From Antedon mediterranea (lineage: Eukaryota; Animalia; Echinodermata), in the NCBI RefSeq assembly GCF_964355755.1, contig NC_092671.1, positions 17,546,001-17,610,000 of the forward strand: a stretch of 64,000 nt of DNA, in the 5' to 3' direction. Below the pieces are notes generated by a model, which saw only the letters and a list, made by a program, of their open reading frames with translations, was not told the DNA's origin and searched no databases. A program made the translations under genes and the position numbers. Shown in pieces: positions 40,596 to 55,500 of this stretch (position 1 is the stretch's first letter; each line of letters begins with the position of its first letter).

Positions 40596-43500
40596 ATGGC
40601 TGAAGCGCATCAGGCAGTAGCCTTCCAGTTTACTGTCACGGGTGAGGGTATTGATGTTAGTTTAAACCATGAAGCATTGAAAGCAGTTTATGATAGCAGT
40701 AAAAGATCTTGGAAGAAACGGTTAAGCAGATTTAGAGTATGGCCATTTATAATTATATTACTATTTATTATTTTACACTGATGATAAGCTCACCCAAATA
40801 TTCAATTTCTTTATTAATATGCCCATCCCGCAAATTTTATGTTGTTCAAGTACAGTAGGGCTCCCTTGGTACCTGACCAATTTGCCGACTTTTAGATTGC
40901 CGACTCCCTCCCAGTTTGCGGACTCCAGTTTGCCGAATCCCAATTTGCCGAATCCCAATTTGCCGAATCCCAATTTGCAGACTAGCTATGTAAATGGGTG
41001 TATCACATAGCCTAGTCGGCACGCGAAAAACCCACATTGCTGACAATAATACAACTATTACAAATTGTATTTTAATCAATGGTCTCTATTGCCTAAGATA
41101 TGCATAATTGTTATGTTGACAAATAGTTTATTTTTACAGTAAGGGCATACAAAGCAAGATAACTGATAACAAAGGAATAGGTTTAAATAAGATACAGTCA
41201 TTTTACCATGGATATACCATTGTGTACATAAATAATTCAAAGCTGATTCAGTAAATAACAATCTGTCTTATATACCAACTTCTGCATTGTTAAGCAAATT
41301 AGGGAATTCACCCCTTTACCAAATATATTAATAAACTATTTAGTGTCTTCTATGTATGGGGTACAAACTGAGTTTTTATTATTTAATAGTTAACCTGTTT
41401 TTTTTTGTATGCATAATTATATTAGAAGTTTGAGCATTCAAATTTAATAGTCAATGCTCAGAAAAAAAGCTGTTAGTTTAGCCCACAATTGCCCATTGTG
41501 TGTTATATGGACCAGTTAATTTCTATGGGCACCAATATAAGTATTTTAGCTCTTTTTTCTGAAACACAACTGAATTGTCTAAAGTGTAATGGCAGTATAA
41601 AGCCTACAGTTACTGATATCTGTAATCTACAGTATCTTGTTTAAGTTCCGGTATTTATCGCATACTACACTTCACTATTACTTAGTTTGTTTACTATTAT
41701 TTCCTATCTAAAACATACACAGTTGAGTTGTGGTAAACCAAACCACAACAAAAAAATTATTATCTAGTATAAATTTGATATTGTGGTTGCGGTTACTGTA
41801 CTGTACACGCTACAGTAAAACCTATTAAATACAGTAAATATTTGCGATAAATTTGAATAAGAAAAAATAGTATATTGTTTTAATCATTTTTGAGTACAGT
41901 AACTGCCCAGAATTGTTTTTTTTTTATTATCTGTAATTTTGTTTTGTCTACCTCTCCCTTCCTGCACATACACTGACAGAAAAGCCAGTGTTTTGTCAAC
42001 ACAAGGGTTACATTTTATTAATTAGTTTTAATTAGTTAATTACTACAGTATTGTATTTTTCGATAGAAATTACTTCCTGTTTTTTTTTTAAATCTGTAGT
42101 TCCTTTGTTTAAATAATAAAATCCATTAATTAACCTACTTTATATTCTAGACGCCTTTCTATTATGGAGGCTATAGGTAAATATCAAAGTTCCACATACA
42201 GTCTAAACCATCTCGTCACTTTCTTTGTGAGAGATAAGGCTTTATTTATTTTGTGAACATTATAATTTATTAGTGAAGTGACGCAGTATGTTAATATTAA
42301 ATCTAAATTGAGCGGCAATGAAGATTATTTGCGTAAAGTCTTCTTTTTTTTTCAATGACAAGGGAAATGATTCATATTGCTTTTATGACTGGATTCCTAC
42401 CAGTAGGCCTACCTTAATTTTACCCTCCAGTAAAATTGGTGTTTTATAGGAGTTTCCGGCTGAAATAGAACGTTTTATAATCGACAAAATAATAGGAACT
42501 AAGAATAGACAAAAATTCTCCAATATTGTTCCAGTATGGTTGTAAATGGACATTTATATTTTACCTGAACAATACTACCCCAGTCATTTTTTTTAGATCA
42601 AACGCGTATGGAAACATACTCCCAATACAGTACCTAGACAATCCTTTACTCTTTTTGAATTTAATTTTTATTTCAATCAAGTTTTTTATGCAATATGAAT
42701 TTTATGTAGACCAACAGCCTAACATCCAAAATATGCTTAAACTACAGTAAAATAATAGATGTTATTTTCTGTTTGTAGAACCATCTAGTAACCACAACAT
42801 ACCCAGCAAGTCCAGCATCATGGCTTGCAGTTGTAAGCGTTGTATTGGCTGTCAGTTTGGCTAGGATCGACCCTTCTATGGGTTTGATTGCTACAGTACG
42901 TGAATATCTACCATTGTAAGTATATTATACGATTTAGAATCAAAATTAACAAGCTAAAGACACTATTTAGATAATAATAAGTAGTCTTATGTAGCGTCTA
43001 ATACATTGTTTCTATGCGCTTTATACAACAATCATCCAATACTGTTAATGGAGCGATGCATTCTGTATCTTACAGTACAGTACACATAATTTCTATGTTT
43101 TTTCTTAAACAAATGATAATAAATGATACTTGACTTGACATTGTCTATGTCTCAATGATGTATATTATACAGTAGTATAATATACATCAACAAACTTGAC
43201 TGGCCTAGGTAAAGTACACCTCTACTAAACTGTTATCTGGTGTATTGTTGTTAGTTATCGGAAATGTTTTGATTTTGATAAAACTCAACCTACTTGGATA
43301 ATCTACTTATAAGAAGGTCACATTGAACATTTTGTCTGGCCAAGTTTCGAATCTATAACATTTCGCTTTTACACTACATATCAATTCACTGTCACCTATA
43401 CATTTTATCATTGGGATATTTTTTTCCCATGTTAAAAGGTATGGGTGCGTTATCTAAGGCCATGTTTCCACAGAATAATTAATTAATCAATAAAACTTCC

Positions 43501-46500
43501 TGTGGAAACAGGGTTTAACCAATTTCGCTCAAGAAAAATTAACCGATAATTATCTCATTTAAATCAGATAATTATCAGTTATTTTGTATATACTATATTT
43601 CATTATTAAAAAAGAGAGGTAAAATAAAGATATTTCATATTTATTACTCTTTTTACATTACAGAGGCTCATATCTTGACACTGGTACCAGTAGCTACATG
43701 TCCACTATAGTGTTTGCCACAATACTCTGGTTGGTTGGCATTTACTCCATGAGATACATGTTAAAGTTTGTACTATCGTATCGTAGGTTTATGTATGAAC
43801 CAAGAGGAAAGTCTTCACTACTTACCAAAATATGGGTGGTCAGTATTTGTGATGTTTTGTATGATAGAATGACCGTTATTGACAAAAACATAAACACAAC
43901 AAAAACATGGCCACAAAGTAAGTGGCAGGAAACACAAAAGGGAACTAAATCCTTAAGGCTAATCCTTATGGCCAATTGGTACATGATATTTTTATGTGAA
44001 AAAAAAATAAATAAAAGACTGATATATATATATATATATTCAGCATCAACAGTTGATACACCACTATAGTAAATCTTAACCATGTCATTTAAACCAAGTC
44101 TCATAACTTTTAAGGCTTAGGTAGTAGCCTTGTTACCTTTAATTTTTATGAACATTCATATATAGATTTTGTTTATGTCTTTTTTACAGATTTGTTTGAA
44201 GGTGTTTTGTACTCGTAAGCCTCAGCTGTACAGCTACCAGGCCACACTACCCAATCTACCTCTGCCTTCTATTGATGATACCTTACGAAGGGTTTGTCAA
44301 CTTATTTTTTTTTTTAAACAATATAGCACTAATAATAAACAATGCCTTTATTGACACTGTATAAATAATTTGATAAAACTCTCTCAACCTACTTTGATAA
44401 TCTATTTATAAGAAGGTCACATTGAACATTTTGTCTGGCCAAGTTTCGCATCTATAACATTTCGCTTTTACACTATGTCAATTCACTGTCACCTATACAT
44501 TTTATCATTGAGATCTTTTATTCCATGATAAAATGTATGGAAAGGAATCACACACCATGTAATTTAAACCAAGTCTCTTAACTTTTGAGGCTTAGGTAGT
44601 AATATTAATATTTTAAGAAAATTTAAATTAAATATTTTAGTATACAGCATCCTTATATAGATTTTCATTGACACTGTATAAATAATGAAAACGAAAATTG
44701 GGAAAATTATGAGGGGCCCAAACCCCCTCATTTAGTACCTAATTCTCGGTGCTGTATCTCCACCTATTATCCCATTATCAGCATCTCATGTGTATCACAT
44801 GTTGTGTATGTACAGTATCATGTAAGGTTAGGTCTATCTATCTATAAATTACTATAGGCGATACATGTGGAACACATGTGATACATGTGGAACACATGTG
44901 ATACATGTTGTATTACGTTTGCATTTTGATGATACTGAAGAATTGTAGATACAAATGTATTCTGAAAACTCCATTTTACAGAATACATTTTAGATATTGA
45001 TTTTAGACCTTTTAAATGTAAGATAATTCTGGTTTTAGAAAAGTTGTCTGAAAGAATTTTATTTTTATTTATGCTTAAAAAAATGAGTCGCTCTCAACAA
45101 CCCTTCAAGTATTGTAAAGATATCTACAGTATGTAAAAGAGATTTGCTATGTATACCTGTAGCAATATCTAATCTAACTGATTATATTTCTTTTTAGTAT
45201 TTACGATCAGTGCGTCCATTTATGGATGATGAAAAGTACAACAAAATGGAACGCCTCGCTACTGACTTCAAACAGAACCTTGGGATGCGATTACAAAGAT
45301 ACTTGTACCTCAAATGGTGGTCCTCGTCAAACTATGTCAGTGATTGGTGGGAGGAATATGTCTACCTTAGAGGGCGCTCTGCACTCATGGTTAACAGCAA
45401 TTATTATGGCCTTGTGAGTTTCATAAATAAAGTTTACAATTTATTGTTGAGAGCCTAGGTACCGAATCTGTCTTAGAAAAGGGTATAGCTGAAGCTGAAT
45501 AAGACTGTTATTTCAAATTTTGATATACATTTTTCCATCGTAATATTTTTTTTAATTTGTTATTTTTTTCATTATTTTGCAAATTAATTATTTTTACCAT
45601 AGATCATGTAAATAAAGTGTTATCTCATAAATTAATTGTGCTGGTAATCCAAACCAGCATCATTATCTGGATACCATGTCAATTAATGTATATAATCTAC
45701 GCTCACGCTAAGGTCAAATTTGCTTTCGCAAAATTTGTAAAGCTTGGTATTTAGGAATACCCGAAGGAAAATAGCGATTCACAAAATAACGTGATTTCCA
45801 ACTACTCGCCTGTACAATTTAAGTATGCCTCCAAATGGGAATCCTGTTTTAATTTACTTGAGTGACGTATAAACACGTTGTTGATAGGCAAGTAACGCAA
45901 TATCTCTACATTGCGATCGCATAGGCTGGCGACGACGGCAGCAATGTTGTGGTTTACAGAAAACTTTGCCAGTTTTGCGAATGATATCAAATTATTTTTC
46001 GCCAATTGACAACTCCAATCGCCATTTGCAAAAACGCAAATGGCTAGCGTGAGCATAGATAATGATTTCCTTTTACAGTATTTAAACACATTTATTCTTG
46101 ATTAATTCTCAAAATATGTTGCTGCATGATTAATTAATTAGTTTATTTTTTAATGGTAGGATACTATTATGTGGCAAAGTTCAAGATTCCAGGCAGCTAG
46201 GGCAGCTAATGTGACACTTTCTTGCCTTAAATTCCGCAAAGAAATATTTCAAGAAACCTTGGACCCTATCATGGTTCAGAATCTTGTGCCACTATGTTCA
46301 TGGCAGTATGAAAGGCTTTTTAACACAACAAGAATCCCAGGCTTAGAGACCGATAAAGTTGTGACGTTCCATACTTCAAGACATGTGGCTGTGTACCATA
46401 TGGGCCGATTTTACAAGTTACTTTTTCAGATAAACGGTTACAATCTTAATGCATGCGAATTGGAACAGTAAGTATAATTATAAAAATCTCACCCTCAATT

Positions 46501-49500
46501 AAAATATTTACACTTTACAGAAAATATTTCTAACTTTCAAACATTTTGGTTTTTATAGATTTTTAAAAAAGAAATTTCATCCTTAACCAAATGCTAAATG
46601 AAATTCATCAAGAGACAAGCCATGATTTAACGTTTCGATCTTTATTTGATCATTATCAGGAGGCTTAAATCATCATCCAGATATATAAAATAAAGATCGA
46701 AACATTGAATCATGGCTTGCCTCTCGTTATTTGGAGTGAGTTTTATAAACTCTTCAAGATGCAGCAATTATTAGATAAGAAATACACATTTGTATAAAAA
46801 TTGTGTACTAGAACAACCAGTTGTTGATCTGGGCCTTTGTGGAAATTAAAGTTAAACCTTAAAGATGTATTGTCCCTTTGCCAAATTCCAAAAAAAATTT
46901 AAAAAAGATTTCGAAAAAAAGTCGGTCATTTTGAAGTATCATAATAGTTATTAATTTTTACCAATTATGAGTCGGAAAAAAAATCAATTAACTGAAATAC
47001 AGACGTTTTTTAGTTCAAAGTTTTCTATCAAAACATATCTCATAATGCAACGCGCTTGTTTGGCTACTCTGTATGTATAATCATAAAACTTCCTCGCGAT
47101 CTGTGTAAAACACCTTCTCATCCGTGACGAGTTGTAAACAATCCTAATTAGCATCATGCTTAATGTATACTCATGGTTTGAAATCTTTGTTTACTTTTTC
47201 TCGGGACAATTATCCAGACGAAATGTAATAAAATTAATTTAGCTGTTAATTACGTAAAATTGTTGTTTTTGGCTCGAATTTTTGACTTAAGGTGAATAAC
47301 TTTAATATTACTTTGATGTGGCCAATTTAAATTTAGAATATGTTGACCTTCATTCTTTTGTGTTTCAAGGGACAATACATCTTTAAACTTTAAATTTAAA
47401 GCCAGTTTCATGGTAGTAATAAGCAGGAATCTTGACCTATATGGCTACCGTATCACTAATAATTTGTATTTGATTTTTTAAACGTTTAAACTAGGTCAAA
47501 TGCAATCTTTAAAATCAAGTAGTCATTATGTATTGTTCATGCTATGCATCCTCATGAAGCGGTTGTTGAAGCTGTACCTATCTTAAGAGTAGTAGTAGAG
47601 TTGTCCATAAATCCATCCCCCTAAAGAGGATATTGAAGTTGTTATTTACTACTGCTTCTGTTCTTTAGGCAGTTCCAATATATATTGGATGACGATACTG
47701 AGCCAGGTGAGGGTGATAAGTATATACCAGCACTCACAGCTGGAGAAAGGTAAGAGTATATAATATGGAAAGGTTCCTTCATAATAACCAAAAGGATCAC
47801 ATCTTTGTTGTCCAGTATTGACGAGTATAAAGCTCTGTCTACACTATCAAACCTTATGTGACAAAATGTAATGTGCCCATAAATGGACACGATGCTGTCA
47901 TATCACTACCATATTTGGGCACACTTTTTATGTCAACTTACATGATCATTATTATTACCAGTGGCGTAACGGCTATGAGCGCACACTGGCTAAACCCAGG
48001 GGCCTCTGTGCAGGGCCTGGAAGAAAAAGGCATTCAAATATGTCAAAAAAAACTTAAAACATTGCAAGGCCTCCAGCATTGGAGGGCCACTTATGCCTCT
48101 GTGTTACGCAACTAATTATTACCAGTTATTATCAACTCTAAACCTTGAAATACAGGAATGGTGTCCGGCGGGATTTAGTTTTTTACCAACCCCGAATCTA
48201 GTTCTAGAAGTACCGGGATGGTGTCCGACGGGGGATAGTTTCACTATGTAGTTAAAGTTCTATTTATTTATTGTTAGCTGAAACCGTTTTTTATATTTTT
48301 ACTAAATTTACTTTGGAAACTTAAACGTTCCTATAAATTGTTATATAAATAGTAATATGTTCAGGTTAATCTGTAACTAGCGTCATTTATACTCTGCTCT
48401 GTTTCTTAGAATTCCATGGGCAGCGGCCCGTCAGAAGTTTTTCAAGTCAGGAGACAACAAAGTGTCACTAGATATAATTGAGAAGGCTGCATTTGTTGTT
48501 GTACTCGATGAAGATGAGCATGACTATGACCCAGTAAGTGTTCTACCAATAATCTAAAGCTCTGTCTACACTATCAAACTTTATGTAACAAAAAATGTGA
48601 TGTGCCCAGATATGGTGATGTCATATCAATAGTATATTTGGCCATATCACTACCATATTTGGGCACATCATACATTTTGTGTAACATTTTGTCAAACTAG
48701 TTTGATAGTGTAGACAGAGCTTTATTCCTCTACATATAAATTGTACACACAGGGTGAATACAGATTTTGTTAAAATGTGATAAGAAAAGATAAGGTTTAA
48801 AGTTTGGCATCACTTGGTGAAAACAAACATGCAGGTGTTTGTGGTTGCATATATATTTATTATATAATGGCATTTATTAACTTTGGTTTTTGTTTCCTGT
48901 TGAAAGAATTGACATGCAAAGCATTATACAACATTCACATTTTAATGAAACAAACTTTTGAAGATATATATTATATAAATTAGACATATTCTAAAAATAT
49001 TCTTTACTATTATATTAAGATATTTCCACTTGGTTCCAATCTGGCGCTTATGATTGGTTAACTCACTGCGTCCAAGAGGGAAACAAGCTTATGATTGGTT
49101 AACTCACTTACATTTTGCCAATCAATGCGTCCAAGAGGGAAACAAGCTTTAAGTTACTTACATGACATCATTTTTCTTCTATTTATAATCTTAATCAAGG
49201 ACATTTTTAAGATGCATTAAAGATGTATTGTCCCCTAAAAAAAATATTTCTTAAATGAATTTTTCTGTTGAATATGCCATTTTAATGTCACCAAATAGTT
49301 ATCAACCAAAAATTGGATCGGGGGAAAAAAAAGTATTTACCTAAAAAAATGTAATTTAAAGCAAAACAAAATAGTCAAATTGGCTGCCAGCCAATATGTT
49401 TTTGGTTGAATTAACCATTTATTTTGTAATTTTATAAGTGAAAACATTAATTTTTTCCATTTTTTTTCTACAGAATTGATTAACTTATTAAAGCTAAAAA

Positions 49501-52500
49501 ATAATCTATTCAAAGTCTGATTTTATTAATCTTTATTTTTCATGTTTTTGGGGGACAGTACATCTTTAATATGTATTGTATTAAATTAATGCCTATAACA
49601 GGCTTATTATTAGAGGTGGTCAAATATACCTTTCTGTTGTATTTGTACCACTATTAAAATACCAGTAGTCCAGTGTTCCATGATACATTTTTCATGATTC
49701 ACTTCACAAGGTAGAAATATTATTTCCTGCCTGTAAGGAAACACTTTAAGCCCGACATCAGCTTAAAGCTAATCTCTATTCTGAGCTGCCACAGATTTTG
49801 TTGTTTACAATTATACACTACAGTAACTTCAATCTAAACATACCCAAACCACACCTACTAGTGACCTTATTTTAATACACTATACAAATGATACAGCATA
49901 ACACTATTGTGGTATAGGAATACCATAAGTTTGCATGGTACCAGGGTACACTAATTAGGAATTATTAATTGTAATGACTAATTAGGAAAACATGATTACC
50001 ATAACTGTTAACCTCTCTTTACCATTCATTTAGTATAGAAGCAGCTTAGTGAATAATTGTATACTAGTGCTTTCCAAAAAGAAAATTACATCGAAGTAGA
50101 GCAAAAATGGATTTAGTAACTTCAATTTTAAATATATTACGCAAAAAGTACAGTATACAACTAGAATTTAATTCGTCACTTTGACGAATTATAGGTGATC
50201 ATTTTTATCATTTTAATGAAATTAACACTTTTTAAACATGCACGTACGTTAACATGCGATCGTAAAAAGCTGATGTACGCCATCCTATGACATGATGCAT
50301 ATACACTTATAGTGCTGAGTTGTACCTATTATGTGTCATATACAATATGTACAGTATCTGTATATCTATATACAGTGTAGCAGAGGTGAAATTACGGGAC
50401 CCACATCATGTTCTATTTTTTTGGTATGATGGAATTATCAAAATAAACTCGAAGATGACAATTTCGAAAGATAATTAATTGAGCAAATAAATATAAGGAT
50501 TGGAAGAGAATTTGACACGTAGAAGCGCAATGCGCGCTCTTTGAAATTTGTATAACTTCGACTAAAGAAATTTAAAAACAACGTTTTAACTTCAACTAGC
50601 CATATGATAACATCACAACATTCGATAGGCTTAATTTTTATATGAATTCATATCTACATTTCATCAGCTTTCATAATAAATTATAATCATCAAGGTCACA
50701 TTTAATTCGGAAGAGCTGTAAGATATTCAAATGTATGGTGTAGGTGAAATTACACGACCTACGTTATTCAAGTTTTTACGCGTGATGACGTCATCAAAAT
50801 GAAAATGTTGACAACTCATGAGAAAGATAATTAAATGAGCAATCATATACAAAAAATTTAGCGAAAATCTGGCACAAAATAACCGAGATGCGCTCAGTTG
50901 AATGTGATAATCTATGACAAAAGAGAAAAAAACCTAATTTTTAAATTTGAGTGGCCATTTGGTGACTTCACAACATTTTGTACGTCAAATGTGTACATGA
51001 ATTTATATCTAGAACTCAATGGCTTCCAGAATAATTTAAAAAAATTGGGGGTCATCGTGCATTCTGAAGAATGATTTTCATTTTAAAAATGCCTTATTTT
51101 TCATCATTTTCAGCACTTTTATGCAGTTAATGTGCGCATTTTGTCATTTTTAACATGCTCGTATAGCGTTATTTTAAGTCGGAACGAACTCAAATTCGGT
51201 GAGTGTACTAAGGATGGTGAGTAAAATGCGATTTCTACAAAAAAATCGTATTTTTACGCTTTTTAAGAATCGCGCGCTGAAAAACGCATTTTTGCGCAGT
51301 AATTTTTTGAAACACGCAAATGGCCTAATTCATGCTCTAAATTGATTAAAACTTAATTTTGAGCTTTTTAAATTTTGAACGCGCGATTTTACGCGCATGA
51401 CCCTACGTGCACGTGCGTTTTTACTTGCTTATATTTTTACCCTTGACCTGAAGTTTACGTGTAATAAATTTCATTAATATATGATAATGAATTATGGAGA
51501 TATGATTGATAATGTGATTTCACAAAATGGCGTATAAATGACGTCACGGTTGAGTGATCACGCTGAAAAGCTTATTAGGATTAAGTTAAAGTATTTGGGA
51601 GATATTGTAAAATTGTTGTGATCATTGACATTTTACTTTTTGAGATAATTGACACACAAAATCTGTACAGAAAGAAATAAAGCGGAATAAGATTTCATAC
51701 AATAACAATAGGTGATCATTTTATTCTAAATGATCACCTAAAAATAGTATATATAATTATTATACTAACAATAATGCTGATAAAATAACCATATACACCA
51801 CATCAATTTACTATATAATTCATTTAATAATACCTATATTTTTTAATTTCAATCTTCTGACAACTTTTAATATTTCATTAAATAACCAGTTAACTAACTT
51901 TCTGCTGATAAAAAGGAATATCTGCTGATAAAAAGGAATATCTGCTATTAGTTGATGCCTATTCAATCAATTTATGAAATGAGATTTGTAAAACAAAATA
52001 ACTGCATTGAATAAAGTTTATGAATTACAGTAGTTTAAATTCGAATTAAGATAATCAACAGGATGCTAGTTTTATTTTGGTAAAAACGAGTGCCTGATTA
52101 ATCCAAGTAAGCAATTTAATATTGTTTTACCTAGTACAGAAAAATACTCTTTAATATACTATAAAATGTAGAACATCCTAATATACTTATTGCACTAATT
52201 GGCAGTATTATATTGGTTATGGGTTAAACTATTTGTTTCTCATTTTTTATTTTGATGTTCTATACTTTTTAAAGGTCAGGTGCGGGAAAAACATTTCTAT
52301 TGATCATGCATTCTAATAATCGATCTATTATTTCCCCTAATTTTTGGGGCTTCAGACGTTTATTTTTTTGCTTTAACAAAAACTATCCACTGCATACCCA
52401 CCAGCTTTTTTGCACCTTTTTTCACTTGCTAGGGAATCTCCGGATATGGTATTACATTGCATAATTACATTTAATTTTAAGAGAAATTCATGTTTTTTCA

Positions 52501-55500
52501 ATGTGATTTTTGTTTCTTAACCAGAGTATAAAAAATTCATGCCTGTACCTGACCTGTAAGCACAAATTATCTACATTTTTATAATCTTACTATGTATTAT
52601 TATTATTTTGTTTAATTCTCTGCAAATTTTTGTTTCTGTTAGCTTGTCTATATCCGAGCACGTCACTGTACATTCATTCACTCCTTGTATCATCCTTCTC
52701 CTTTGCCTTTAAATCCATGTTTACCATCTCAACAAACATATTATTAAAAAAAAACATTGATAAAAGTTCAGTCTTTCAATTATAATTTTTTACCAAAACA
52801 ATTTTATTTTGTTTTAATCATGATCAGGTATTTGCCATGAAACTTTAAAAAAGTAAACAAATGTATTTGAGTTTATGCAAGTCTAATTTTATTATGGAAA
52901 CTTTTTTTTTCTTTTATCCAAAATGGCCCCAATAGTTCCACATAGAATGGTCACAAATTAGTCTCTTCTAAAAGTAATACCACCTTTCATAGTTTCTTAT
53001 TGTTTACAAGATGTATGCTGTTTATTATAAAGTGATTGAACTTTAGCTTATTTTAATTATGTAAAAACAAATGGAAATTTGTTAAACAAATGACACCTTT
53101 AAACCCAAAAATGATAATTTTGCTACTATTTCACATCGCTTAGCAATGTTTACACCACACAAACGTAGATGTTGACACCTTTGTGTGTGTAAACTGTATA
53201 ATCAGAATGTGAAAAGGGTATTATGTATTACTAAAGATCTGTTTATACTATCAAACTATAAAAAAAAAGTGCGATGTGCCCAAATATGGTAGTGATATGT
53301 CCAAAAAATATATGGCCACATCACATTTGCTTTGTCACATAAAGTTTGATCGTGTAGACAGCTTAAACATTGTTTTAAATACAGTACAGAACTTTGTATC
53401 CTAATGGTTTTGTGAAATATGAATTTATAAGCAAAAACAATAATTTCTATCTCTTCATGTTACACATTGGTGTTTATGGCTATATAATGATATATTTTGG
53501 AAAAAATGACATACTATACTACAACAGATATTAAACTAAAATCTGCTTAGTGCAACTTGTGAAAATGAAACTTGTGAATATCTTGCAATTTGAAAATCAT
53601 TTCATGTCCATTTTAAAACCCCTGCCACCATGTTTGTTTCATACAAGGAACCACTTGAAGACTTCCGAAAAGTTTACCCATCATGGTATACCAAGAGATC
53701 ATCTGAAAACCCTATAGACAAGGTACAGTAAACAATTTGTCCCCAGATACTCACCTGTACAATTAAAATCAATTGCATGCTTGCTTATTTAAATAACTTG
53801 CTATTCTTAGCTGTATTATTTATGCTTTTTAATAACACTAGGGGTGGGGTGCTGGTATTTTTATTTTGCTTACTTTTTGCATTATGCTTTTAATCATTTG
53901 GTTCATTTTTGGTTCATCCTACTTTATTATAATTTATATACTAACAATTATTTTTCAAACTAATGCTTATAGTTTTTTTTCAAATAGGTACTTTTTATCA
54001 AATTACGTGCATGACAAGATATCATTAATTGATCCCACCTTTACCCTAAAAAACAATAGTGTATGTTCCATCCCTCAAAATAACACCTTCTCCCTTGCCA
54101 CATATTTTCTGAAACAAGATCATGTATTTGTCATTTGTAAAAGCATATAAAATGCAGATATATTACCAGTACCAGTTATGGCAAATTTGTATAAGATGGA
54201 AGACTATTTTAAAATGTGGTAGCATACATTAATTGATCCTAACCGTTTACCCCATCATCAACAAAAGATGATGAATGCTCCCTTCCTTCCCTTCACATGT
54301 CCAACAACTTCTCCCTCACCACAAAGTTTCTAAACCATTATTGTAAGTTCAGAGTTGTATGGTCATTCTTGAAGCAAATAAAAGGCTTCAGAAATTTAAC
54401 AAATTTGTGCCAAGTATGGCAAATTTGTATGGAGAGGTGTTTGTTTTAGATTTGCATGTTTTGTGTTATAGCATGTCCAGATCTCTCCAAAGAGATTTGA
54501 ATATTAACATAATGTATAGTAGATCTTACTACAGTTGATATAATATTAATAGATGGTTTATGAGTTTTTATCATTTGGTTCATAAATGTATTTCATGATG
54601 ATTGGGGATGATGTTTTTATTCAATTGGTGAGCTTGATTGTAGGGTTGCCACATGGTCATGTTGCTTTAATGTGATAGACAATTAATTAACTGATTCATC
54701 AGTAATAATTAATAAGTTGTATTATGTTTTGTACACTAATATTAACCTGTATGCTCTATTTAAAAAATCATTGGGTTGCTATATCAATTTTCTCAAATTG
54801 TTGTACAGTAACACAGCCCTCTCGGGCCAAAGAGAAAGTCTATGACACGGTTACACAATTAATCTCCACACTTTTGCAGCAGTGTAAAGGGGATATGAAC
54901 AGTGAAGTTTTTATGTTTATATAGTCATTTATATTTTCTAATACAGTACATTTAAAATTGTTGTAGTATAGCAAATATTATAATATTTTTTATTTTGAAT
55001 TGAAGGACTTACCTTTGTTGGTTTTGGTAGATGAAAACAGTTTTTCAATAATAATAATAATGTATTCAAGAAATGTATATAAACTGTCATCATTTAATTG
55101 TGCTTCTTTATATAGGATGACTACACACAGTTAGATCGATTTGGACGCTCTTTACTCCATGGCAAAGGTTATGATCGTTGGTTTGACAAGTCTTTCAACC
55201 TTGTTGTCTTCAAGAATGGACGAGTTGGATGCAATGCTGAACATTCAATGTAAGTTGTATATAGCGTAGTATGTATAAATAGCATTAGGGACGTATAGAT
55301 GGATAGAAGGTAAAACTTGAAGGAGCAATTTGTTTGTTGTAAGCCCCGGGTAGTAATGCCTGTGAAGATGTTCTTTGTATTAAGTTACAACCTTACTACA
55401 GACAATTTACTCAGAAGACTCAGAAGTAAAGGTGCTACTTTCGCGTACACAATAAACTAGCTTTGTGTAGACAAATAACTTCAAAACTCGCAAGTATATA

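Noticed and set aside
40773-41079. GFGKL/IGIRQ/PNPNL repeat proteins
   Set aside because: Translations of a 15-bp tandem repeat in an intron
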